From: Porphyridium purpureum
Lineage: Eukaryota
DNA: 64,000 bases
NCBI GenBank assembly: GCA_008690995.1
Contig: VRMN01000003.1
Span: 372,001 to 436,000, forward strand
Reading direction: 5' to 3'
In this document: piece by piece, positions 1-8,363 of the stretch
Numbering within the stretch: the stretch's first letter is position 1
Layout: each line of letters opens with the position of its first letter
Notes under the pieces: generated by a model
What the model saw: the letters and a program-made list of their open reading frames with translations, nothing else
Database searches by the model: none
What the model was told of the DNA's origin: nothing
Translations under genes and position numbers: made by a program

Positions 1-301
1 CAACGCTCAGACCCTTGCGCGATCCCCACGGAATGACAGACCAAGTGCTGAAATCGGCAAGGAGGCCAGATGCTGCTCCGCCGGGCGCACAGTTGCACGC
101 CTATCCGCAATGCGGCTGTGTACACCGTGGCTTCCATCACAAGAGCCATCCGTAGTGGTCATATTCGGCTGCCAAATGGACCTGACAACCTCTCCGGAGC
201 AGGTAGATTGCGTTCCCGAAGAACAGTGTGAGAAAGAAAATAATGATATTCATAAAAGCATAAACGACCAGGTCTCGAATCCTGCGCCTGCACTGGATAA
301 C

Positions 302-2755
302 TTAAAAATTCTCCTTGGCGACAAGGACTCTGCACGTGCATATCTGGATCCTGTTGTCGCGAAGCATTTGCCTCTTCACCTCGAACAAATGCTCGGCTGT
401 CACGCGATGCGCAACGCTCTGCAACTCGCGGGCAACTGCCGGTGCGCCGCAGTAGAAGACACCGACTGTCGACCCGTGGTTCGGGGAGCCTCTGTGTGCG
501 CGCAGGATCGCAGCGCTCATGATTTTATGCCAGTCAGGACGACCGGCGATCAGCTCGTGTTGTGGGCCGCAGCGTGAGCGATCGAAGGGATCCAAACGGA
601 CTAAGGTCTCAGGCTTGTCGCGTGTGGCGTAAAACTGCAGCGAAAACGAGCGTGGGAGACTCTTTGCCGACTCAGCAAGGTCCTCGGCCGCCCAGCTCAT
701 GCCGGTGTATGTTTTGTTCACCCAAATTCCTTGCATACTGAAGTCATCGTCGAGTGGATCCACCGACAGGGTGGATCCCTCGTTGCTTTGACGCGAAGGA
801 ACAGCGTATAGTTTCGTATGTCGCACATTTTCAGCCTCCAAGAGCTCCGGTGGACGCGCCGTCGCGTAATAGATGAAAAAGATACGCACCGTGTGGACCA
901 GCGTGTACACACCGTAGAACGAAAAGTACAGAACGGCATTCAACAGTGATGGTGAAATCGCGTCTGCGATTGAAGCGGCGAGTGACGCAACAGTCATGGC
1001 CACAATTGCAAGTTCCATGACGAAGATAATCGACACAATGTAGCGCTTACCATACGACGCGCCCGACAGAATCACCTTGGGAACATAGATAAACAGGACG
1101 AGCAGGCTCGCAACAATTTCGATTGCAGCGGATTCCAAACTCTTTCCAAAAATCCATACGCACATGACAAGCGTCACGAGCATGATAGATATCAGAAATA
1201 AACAAATGTTGACCGTCATACTTTCAAGAATACTGGCCGCAAAGGCCACGCGAGCACGAAGTGTCATGGTCGCGCGACTAACGCGTTCAAAGCCAAGCAC
1301 GTCTGTGAACGCCATGTCGCCATGATCCAACACGAATTGCTCCTCCTCGGTGAGGGGCAGCTCGGGTACTTCGGGAGCGTTCCACGTCCTTTCTGATCCT
1401 GATGACGACAGGCCGTCCGCATCCTGCAACGATTCATCTCGCATCAAAATCCTCGTCTCATCCACTATGTGATGCCACACAGAAAGCAGCGGCGTCACAC
1501 CGATACCGCTTCCAATCACGACAATGTGCCTGTACGCAGAGAACTTTTGGGCAGGCGCACCGAAGCCGCCCCGCAAACTTGCCCCGACAATGCCTGCAGT
1601 AGATCCATTTTCCGCGTCGGTCGCTGTCGCACTGTTCGCTAGTTCCCACAGTGCTCCTGTCCAGCGACCGGCCGCCTTGATAAAGAACGTCGCCTCCCCG
1701 CGGTCGTTGGGCGCGGATGCTATCGTGAAGGCGTGCCACTCCCACACAGAGATTTCCTTGATGCGAATGTCAGCATACTGTCCTGCAGAGTACCTCCATC
1801 CGGGCACCTGCAGAATCAGCTTCGTCACCCTGTCTTCGCCATCCTCATGCGCGCTGATGTGGACCACGGTCGCCTCCCGGGCAGCGTGGCGCACGCGCCG
1901 CATGATGACGTCAATGATGTACAAGACCAGCGGGCCCGCCAAGAAGTACACCGTGATTGGGTACCCACGTTGCGTGCCGTGAATGATGAGCAGCGGGATG
2001 GCAGACACAATCCCAATCACGTGCGACAACCAGAAAATGCGAAACCCAATCGTGCTGCGCCGTACCTTCTCCAGCGTCGTCGCGAAAAATAACAGAAACA
2101 CAACGAAGAGTATGATGCCCGTGATGAGCAGCTGCAGCGTCGCAAAGCCGGCACCAAACGTCCACACGGGGCCTCCGTCGTTGATGACAATCGCTTCCGT
2201 GGCATAGTTCACAACCTGCGGGACGGTGTGAATAACACAGCCGGCAATGACAATTGTCAGTGCGATCAAACGATGGTACTTTGGCATCACCTTGTCCACT
2301 GGAAACGCATACTGGATCGGCGTGCTCCGCACCCATGTCCAGAACCACTTGCTGCCGGTTACAAATACGACTGCAGCGTTCCACGAGACCAACCGGCCAG
2401 CGCCACGTGCAATGGGCAAGGTGTACCGCAGAATCTTACTCTCCGTGGTCCAATGAGGTGCCGTGAATTCCCACACACCCCACGTTGCCATACAGATATC
2501 CACCGAGATCAGCAGCGCCAGCGTGGCCAAGTTGGCGCCTTGGTTGGAGAAGAACGCCTCACTCCTCGTCCAGAACGAACCCACCCTGGGTTCTTTGGCC
2601 TTGGTCTCCTTTGCCTTGCCCGTCTTCGCCTGTTCGCTGTTTGGTTGATTTACGGCATTTTCTCGCCCAGTTGTGTGCGCTGTGATCTCTGCCATCCTTG
2701 GAACGTCCCACGGTGCATCCGGAGGTAGTATTTCAGCGTCCGTGACGGTCGCCAT
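302..2755 (-). CDS. NADPH oxidase / respiratory burst oxidase homolog (NOX/RBOH-like, no EF-hands) with a 4-TM insertion in the NADPH-binding domain
   Basis: Ferric-reductase TM region with heme His pairs (KYHRLIA...VIHTVP; WLSHV...IIHG), FAD motif EWHAFTIASAP, NADPH motifs VIGSGIGVTP and VGVFYCG, C-terminal KENF. Start placed at MATVTD (2755); the ORF is open to 3016. Confidence 0.93.
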   Translation of the reverse strand: MATVTDAEILPPDAPWDVPRMAEITAHTTGRENAVNQPNSEQAKTGKAKETKAKEPRVGSFWTRSEAFFSNQGANLATLALLISVDICMATWGVWEFTAPHWTTESKILRYTLPIARGAGRLVSWNAAVVFVTGSKWFWTWVRSTPIQYAFPVDKVMPKYHRLIALTIVIAGCVIHTVPQVVNYATEAIVINDGGPVWTFGAGFATLQLLITGIILFVVFLLFFATTLEKVRRSTIGFRIFWLSHVIGIVSAIPLLIIHGTQRGYPITVYFLAGPLVLYIIDVIMRRVRHAAREATVVHISAHEDGEDRVTKLILQVPGWRYSAGQYADIRIKEISVWEWHAFTIASAPNDRGEATFFIKAAGRWTGALWELANSATATDAENGSTAGIVGASLRGGFGAPAQKFSAYRHIVVIGSGIGVTPLLSVWHHIVDETRILMRDESLQDADGLSSSGSERTWNAPEVPELPLTEEEQFVLDHGDMAFTDVLGFERVSRATMTLRARVAFAASILESMTVNICLFLISIMLVTLVMCVWIFGKSLESAAIEIVASLLVLFIYVPKVILSGASYGKRYIVSIIFVMELAIVAMTVASLAASIADAISPSLLNAVLYFSFYGVYTLVHTVRIFFIYYATARPPELLEAENVRHTKLYAVPSRQSNEGSTLSVDPLDDDFSMQGIWVNKTYTGMSWAAEDLAESAKSLPRSFSLQFYATRDKPETLVRLDPFDRSRCGPQHELIAGRPDWHKIMSAAILRAHRGSPNHGSTVGVFYCGAPAVARELQSVAHRVTAEHLFEVKRQMLRDNRIQICTCRVLVAKENF

Positions 2756-3260
2756 GGGTGAACCTTTACAATGCGGCTCGAACTCATCCTGCATGGGCTT
2801 AGCTGTATCGTCGCCTGCTCGCGCGGTTGCTTTTGTACTCACTCTCCGCAAGTCCTCTACAGCGCAGCGCGTCCATGCCGCTCCCACGAAAGCTTTACAC
2901 CGACGCGTACCGTGTTGAATAGCCGGGGCAGGACGCGTTCCAGGACATGCTCCCACCCCCAATGCAAAGTGCTGATCGGATTTCATGCTGAAATAACCCC
3001 AAAAAATCCGGTTCACACGATCTGGACGTGTTGCTGAACACGCCGTTCAAAAAAAAAAGATTAAAAAATAGGGTGTGTGTGTGCCACGTTGGTGAAGAAA
3101 TTGGGACGGACCGGATCCGTGGAAGGACTGGGTGAACCGCCAGGAACGGACGTGGAAATGGCCAGGCTGGCCGCGAGGCCAACGGTGTGCCGCCACGTGG
3201 GCGCTTTACTCGCTCCAACTTTTCAAAAGCTCTACAGTGGCCGGGACGCCTCGCGAGCGA

Positions 3261-4361
3261 TCAGCTTCGTTCCTTCTCCAGCGCCTGCAGTTTGCGCAGC
3301 CAAAGCAGAATGCGCTTGCGCTCACCCAGCGTGAGGCTCGCGCCTAGCTCCATGCGCAAGTCGTCCTCCGAGAGGGCAAGCGCAACACGCCCATCAATGT
3401 TCTGCTCAATGAAGCGCGGCGCAAATTCTCCCAGGCCCTCCAGTCCCATCTCCTCTGCAACGTCGTCCACTGACCACCTTTTCACGTCACGATGCCGCTC
3501 CCTTCGCTTCCGAAAGCGTTCGTCAAAGCTCCTTAACAGGTCCTTGTTCAACTTGTCGTTGATTAGATACTGCTCGGAACTCGGCTTGGTCACCTCTGAT
3601 AGCCTTTCAGATGCTGTCGGTTCAGCAGGCACCGTGGGATTTTGTGAGGCTGGATTTTTTGCAGACACGGACGAAGAAATGAAAGAAGGCAAGCCCGTTG
3701 CCACACTTCCAGCAAAGTCTGACAGTTTGCCGCCCAGTGACGGACTGACTCGTGACACAATGTAAAATCCGCCCGCGAGTGGAACGGCTACCTTCAGAAG
3801 AGCAAAGACAGCCATTATCGGGGCAGTGAGGACCAAAACCCCAACGCCAGCAAGCGCCGTGATTCCCAAAGCGACAAAGCCAGCCGAAGCAGCGGTAGCA
3901 AAAACGACGGGAACTGCTGCTACGGCGACGGCACCAAATGCGAGCGCTGCGGTGACATGCAACACGGCCGATACTGCCGCGCTAACCGCCCAGAGCCCGA
4001 CCATGGCCCCCGCCACGTATACGCCCTTTTCCGACGCGCTCGCGTTGCGGAAGTTCGACAGGCCAGACGCAAACAACTGCTTTCCTCCGTTGAACATCCA
4101 ATCATACGAGGACTTAGTCGAGGAGGAAACTCCGTCATCGTCATCATTCGCTCTGCGCCTGGACGCCCGCGTCGCCCTCTTCCGAGGCGGCGGCGGCGCT
4201 GCATCCGGATCCCTCCTGCGCGCCAACATGGTCAGTCCGAAGCCGCGCTGTCGGCGCGTGCCAAGGCGCGTCGCGCGTTTACACGCACATGCCGCTGATA
4301 CGTGCTCCAAATCAACGCGCCGAACAACGGTGTTTATCTGAGTGCTACTGCAGAACATCAT
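3261..4361 (-). CDS. Probable plastid-targeted membrane protein with a long hydrophobic segment and a C-terminal SAM domain
   Basis: C-terminal WSVDDVAEEM..EGLGEFAPRFIEQNIDGRVALALSEDDLRMELG..LTLGERKRIL is a SAM pattern. The N-terminus MMFCSS..., rich in R/S/A, looks like a transit peptide. Confidence 0.8.
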   Translation of the reverse strand: MMFCSSTQINTVVRRVDLEHVSAACACKRATRLGTRRQRGFGLTMLARRRDPDAAPPPPRKRATRASRRRANDDDDGVSSSTKSSYDWMFNGGKQLFASGLSNFRNASASEKGVYVAGAMVGLWAVSAAVSAVLHVTAALAFGAVAVAAVPVVFATAASAGFVALGITALAGVGVLVLTAPIMAVFALLKVAVPLAGGFYIVSRVSPSLGGKLSDFAGSVATGLPSFISSSVSAKNPASQNPTVPAEPTASERLSEVTKPSSEQYLINDKLNKDLLRSFDERFRKRRERHRDVKRWSVDDVAEEMGLEGLGEFAPRFIEQNIDGRVALALSEDDLRMELGASLTLGERKRILLWLRKLQALEKERS

Positions 4362-4592
4362 GCCCTACTCCTTCACTTCGTCCGCTGCCGTCTGCCCCTT
4401 CTTCATGCCACCCAAACCGCCTCTCCGCCTCTCCGCCTCACCGCACAGCAAGGCTCCGGTTTGAAACACGCTCACTTTCAAGGAGCTGAAGTATAATGGT
4501 GACGCACCGGTGACTAAACGGCGGATGATCCAGGAGGCACTAGCGCGCACAAACATACGCGCAGATCCATTCACGCGGATTCACGCTCAAGT

Positions 4593-6146
4593 ATGGAAGG
4601 GCGACATCGCCCACGGAACCCAGAGCGATTGTGGCTACGCGCTGAGGACGCAGCGGCGCCGCAGCGCTACTTTGGACGCGCAATGGATCAGCACGTCGTG
4701 GCGGAAGCTCGGCCGCAAGGGCCCAGCGAGGGATGGAGGACAGACGCCGCGTACTGGTTGGCACAGGTGCGGCAGTTGTTCAGCCTGGCGCTCCCGTTTG
4801 TGCTGTCCCAATTGGCGGTAGGCCTCATGTCGACCGTCACCATGCTGTTTGTGGGCCGCTTTGACGTCGACAGGGTCGGAGGTGTCGCATTGGCGTTGTC
4901 GTGGATGAACTTGACAGGATACAGTCTCATCTATGGTCTCGCGTCTGCGCTTGACTCCCTCTGCGCGATGAGCTTTGGAGCTGGTGATCTGCGTAAGATG
5001 ACTGCCTTTTTGCAGCGCGGCTTGCTCATAGGAGCCATGGTGTGTTTCCCGGTCGCTGCAGCTTGGTGGGTGTCCGACTTTTTCTTTGGGTTGCTGCAAA
5101 TTGATATTGTGGACGCAGAACATGCGACTCTGTTCCTGCGGTGCTCGATTCCGGCGCTGCTGCCTGTCATGGCGTTTGAAAAGATCAAACGCTACCTTCA
5201 GGCGATGCACCGTATCGGTGAAATTGTCATTGTGACTTTCTCGGGGTTATTACTGCACTGTTCCGTGTGCTACCTGCTTGTGGTGCACATGAAGCTCGGG
5301 TACATAGGCGCTGCATTCGCGCAGTCCTGCACGTATTGGACCATGCTGACTATTCTCTGCTACGTCGTCTTTATACGCGACAAAAATCACTCCTTCGAGC
5401 CGTGGGTGGAGTCGGCCTTTGAGGATTGGGGCACGTACTTGAGCTTAGGTATCCCTGGAATCTTGCAGGTGATGCTTGAGTGGGTCGCGTTCGAAATAAC
5501 CTTGCTCGAAGCCGCCTGGCTTGGTCGCGACGTACTAGCGGCTCAAGGTATTCTGTTGAATATATGCTACCTGTCGTTTATTGTCCCATTTTCGCTTGGC
5601 CAAGTCGTGAGCGTCTTGGTCGGCAATCAAGTGGGCGCCCAAAGTGCAAAGGGCGCGAAGGATATGATCACTACGTCGGTCCTTTCGACCTTGTGCATTT
5701 GCGGTGCGGTTTCCTTTACATTCTTCCTTGGCGCGCACAACATCGCGAGACTTTTCGTGACAGACGAGCATCTCGTGAGCATGATTGGCTCCGTGTCATG
5801 GATCTACGCTTTGTACTTTTTGAGTGACGGTCTCCAGGTAACACTGTGCGGTGGATTGCGCGGCTTCGGTTTGCAGAGAATTGCCGCTGTAGGCGCGCTC
5901 GTCGGGTTTTGGGGGCTGACCCTGCCCCTGACGTACTTGCTGGCTTTCAAGTCAACAGCCTTTCATGGGTTGCGGGGCTTGTGGGCTGCGTTTATGTTTG
6001 CCGAACTTCCTCTGGCCTCGGGGTATCTGCTATACTTTTATGTCTTTTGCGATTTTCAAAGCATGATCAAGCTAGCCGCCGAGCGACTCAGTCTCACTGG
6101 AGCTGAAGGTAGTAATGAAGGAAATGAGAAAGAGGCGGAACCGTGA
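4593..6146 (+). CDS. MATE-family (DTX/SLC47-like) transporter
   Basis: About 12 TM helices with MATE motifs LALP, GLASALDSLCAMSFGA, RYLQA, LEWVAFEI, VGNQVGA, DGLQVTLCGGLRGFGLQ, GLRGLW. Confidence 0.93.
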   Translation: MEGRHRPRNPERLWLRAEDAAAPQRYFGRAMDQHVVAEARPQGPSEGWRTDAAYWLAQVRQLFSLALPFVLSQLAVGLMSTVTMLFVGRFDVDRVGGVALALSWMNLTGYSLIYGLASALDSLCAMSFGAGDLRKMTAFLQRGLLIGAMVCFPVAAAWWVSDFFFGLLQIDIVDAEHATLFLRCSIPALLPVMAFEKIKRYLQAMHRIGEIVIVTFSGLLLHCSVCYLLVVHMKLGYIGAAFAQSCTYWTMLTILCYVVFIRDKNHSFEPWVESAFEDWGTYLSLGIPGILQVMLEWVAFEITLLEAAWLGRDVLAAQGILLNICYLSFIVPFSLGQVVSVLVGNQVGAQSAKGAKDMITTSVLSTLCICGAVSFTFFLGAHNIARLFVTDEHLVSMIGSVSWIYALYFLSDGLQVTLCGGLRGFGLQRIAAVGALVGFWGLTLPLTYLLAFKSTAFHGLRGLWAAFMFAELPLASGYLLYFYVFCDFQSMIKLAAERLSLTGAEGSNEGNEKEAEP

Positions 6147-6388
6147 GCGAAGAACCAGGTGGCCCGTCAGGGGCCTTTGAGACATTGCAGAAGGCGATTT
6201 TCCGTTCCCGGATCATCTGGGATTGAGATGGGATTCTGACACGCAACGCTAGTTGTCGTGACTTTATTTCTTCGTCCTGCCTGCTCCAAGATGTAAGATA
6301 AATAAAGAGCAGATGTGTCTCCCGCACGAAATGGGAAGCGGGCTTGGTGTGTACGACTTGCTCCCAGAAAACCCAGCTCTGCTCAGTA

Positions 6389-6631
6389 TCACCGTTGGAC
6401 GGGGAAGACGCGAGCTCTCCAGTTCCTCATGCGTTCCGCGACATGCAAACCCTGCTTGAAAATTCTGCGCACAAACACTCTGGGCATGCTATTGTACAAT
6501 TCAACGGATGGTTTCGCCTGGCGGAACACAGCGCGGCGCACGTACCGCTCGCCGCGCAGGTAGAAGGACCACGTGCGCTTGGTCCCAAAGCGCACGATCA
6601 GGAGCGCGATCAAAGTCTCCGAGACGACCAT
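6389..6631 (-). CDS. Possible small basic protein (80 aa), unknown function
   Basis: ATG in aagATGG context, strongly G/C-ending codons in the 5' half, fills an otherwise empty 700-nt gap, followed by an AT-rich 3' tract near 6295-6310. No family recognised. Confidence 0.4.
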   Translation of the reverse strand: MVVSETLIALLIVRFGTKRTWSFYLRGERYVRRAVFRQAKPSVELYNSMPRVFVRRIFKQGLHVAERMRNWRARVFPVQR

Positions 6632-6841
6632 CTTATCTCGGCGCGGCAACGTATCCGCGCGCGACCGCCGCACGCCGCTTCCGAGCGCTCTTCCACACAT
6701 TTGCCGTCCCCGCTGGCTCGTCGCACATGTGATTCGATTTCCTTGGTACAGTGATGTCTTTTTATGTACAGTTGGTTAGCTGTCGTGAATGATCGAGCTC
6801 GCGCCTGTTCTACGTTGATGAGACAGCGTTCTCTCCCCGGG

Positions 6842-7720
6842 TCAGCGCGCGCCTGCGATGGTGTGACTGATGGCTCGTTCGAACAAGTCACTGAACTGCT
6901 GGGCCTGCATTGCGCCATCTCCGACTGACGGAGTGCCAGAGGCAGCGTCGGCGTCGGCGGCAGCTTCCATGAGCGCTCGCTGGTGTGCCCGGGTCGCGCG
7001 CGGCGCCGCGGCAGCCGCACCACCGGACAGCCGGCGATTGTTCCGCTCGTATCGCGCAAACGCGCGCAGAAGCGCGTCGCGAGTGTCGCGCGCGTCTATA
7101 ACACCCAGCCGGTGCTTGCACAGCGGGCAGTGCGGCATCGGCGCCGTGGGCTCAATCGCCCCGCGCTCATTTCGAATATACCTTGCCGGGTCAACGTGGC
7201 GCATCGCACCCACAGCAACCCACTTATCCACGCATTCTGTGTGGAATATGTGGCCACAGGTCAACACGCGACACTCGACCTGCGCGTTGGACTCGAACGA
7301 ATCGAGGCAAATCGAGCAGTCCGAACACTGTGCCAACGAGTCTGCCAAGCAAAAGCCCACGCTCTTGCTCCTCCCTAGCGTGTTGCGCAAGACCCAATCC
7401 TCGGCGCCGCGCGCGCCGCCTCGAACATGGCCGCTCTCCGGCAGGAGCGAGCTGCTGAGCAGCAGCTCCTTTCCGCTTTCCTCCTCCTGCGCGACCATTT
7501 TGAGCTGTGCAAACGACTTGGAGGGGCACAGCACGTCCAGGTTGCGGAAGCAGCGTTCCAGAAACTCGTCGTGCCCCGCGTCTGCGCGGCCGCGCTGCTT
7601 GCTCTCATCGAGTGCGCGGTTGAGATGATGCATGGCGATATACACGCCTGCGCCGCCCGCCACCCATTTGAGCACGTGCACCACGCCCTTCCCGACGAAC
7701 CCCACGACCGCCTTCCACAT
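6842..7720 (-). CDS. RING-H2 finger E3 ubiquitin ligase with an N-terminal hydrophobic anchor
   Basis: CSICLDSF...LTCGHIFHTECVDKW...CPLC (C3H2C3), with an extended loop before the last Cys pair. Confidence 0.85.
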   Translation of the reverse strand: MWKAVVGFVGKGVVHVLKWVAGGAGVYIAMHHLNRALDESKQRGRADAGHDEFLERCFRNLDVLCPSKSFAQLKMVAQEEESGKELLLSSSLLPESGHVRGGARGAEDWVLRNTLGRSKSVGFCLADSLAQCSDCSICLDSFESNAQVECRVLTCGHIFHTECVDKWVAVGAMRHVDPARYIRNERGAIEPTAPMPHCPLCKHRLGVIDARDTRDALLRAFARYERNNRRLSGGAAAAAPRATRAHQRALMEAAADADAASGTPSVGDGAMQAQQFSDLFERAISHTIAGAR

Positions 7721-8363
7721 GTCGCCTGCCCTGCCTTGTCGCGGCCCGCACCTGTTCCACAACGATTCCCCACGCCCTCACACGCAGACACAGGCACGCA
7801 GAGAAACGGCGACACGCTCGACTCTCCGCTGTGTCCCGTGCTCGCGCACCACACGCGACCGCTGTGGCGTGTGGCTTTCCTAGGCAAAATCAGGCAATAC
7901 AGGCCCAAGCGCCCAGTTTCGCGCACTGTACCTCATCACGTGAGGTCGCGTCTTCCTCAGCAGCAGCTCCGGTAAAAAGCGCAAAGTGCCGTTTCAACGC
8001 GCGAGCGCGGCGCACGCCACTTGCATCGAGAAGGTACAGTGGAGACGAGTACGCAGAGGTACAGCGCTTCTGCAGATTGCAGGCGTGCGCGCGTGCGTGT
8101 GCAGCGGACATCTACACTCTGCATGCGTTCGTAGGCAATGCGTAAGGAGCGCACCGCCCACAGGCGCCCAGAAGGAGCAACGTGGTGGACAAGGCAGACA
8201 GACATGGGAAAATACGCCACAGAAGACCTTCCTTGATACATGGGTTACTTTACAGGCAGAATCAAGGCGGCTGAAGTAGCCGTGCAGATTTGGCCACGCA
8301 GTTGGCGGATGGATCCATCCGCCATTTGCCAGACACAGCTACATGTCTGCAATACACATCAAC

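Noticed and set aside
110..577. + strand ORF containing LAGNCRCAAVE, reminiscent of the Nad11 Fe-S motif IAGNCRMCLVE (the missing nad11 half)
   Set aside because: It is the antisense shadow of the NOX C-terminus (FYCGAPAVAREL). The other Nad11 motifs are absent.
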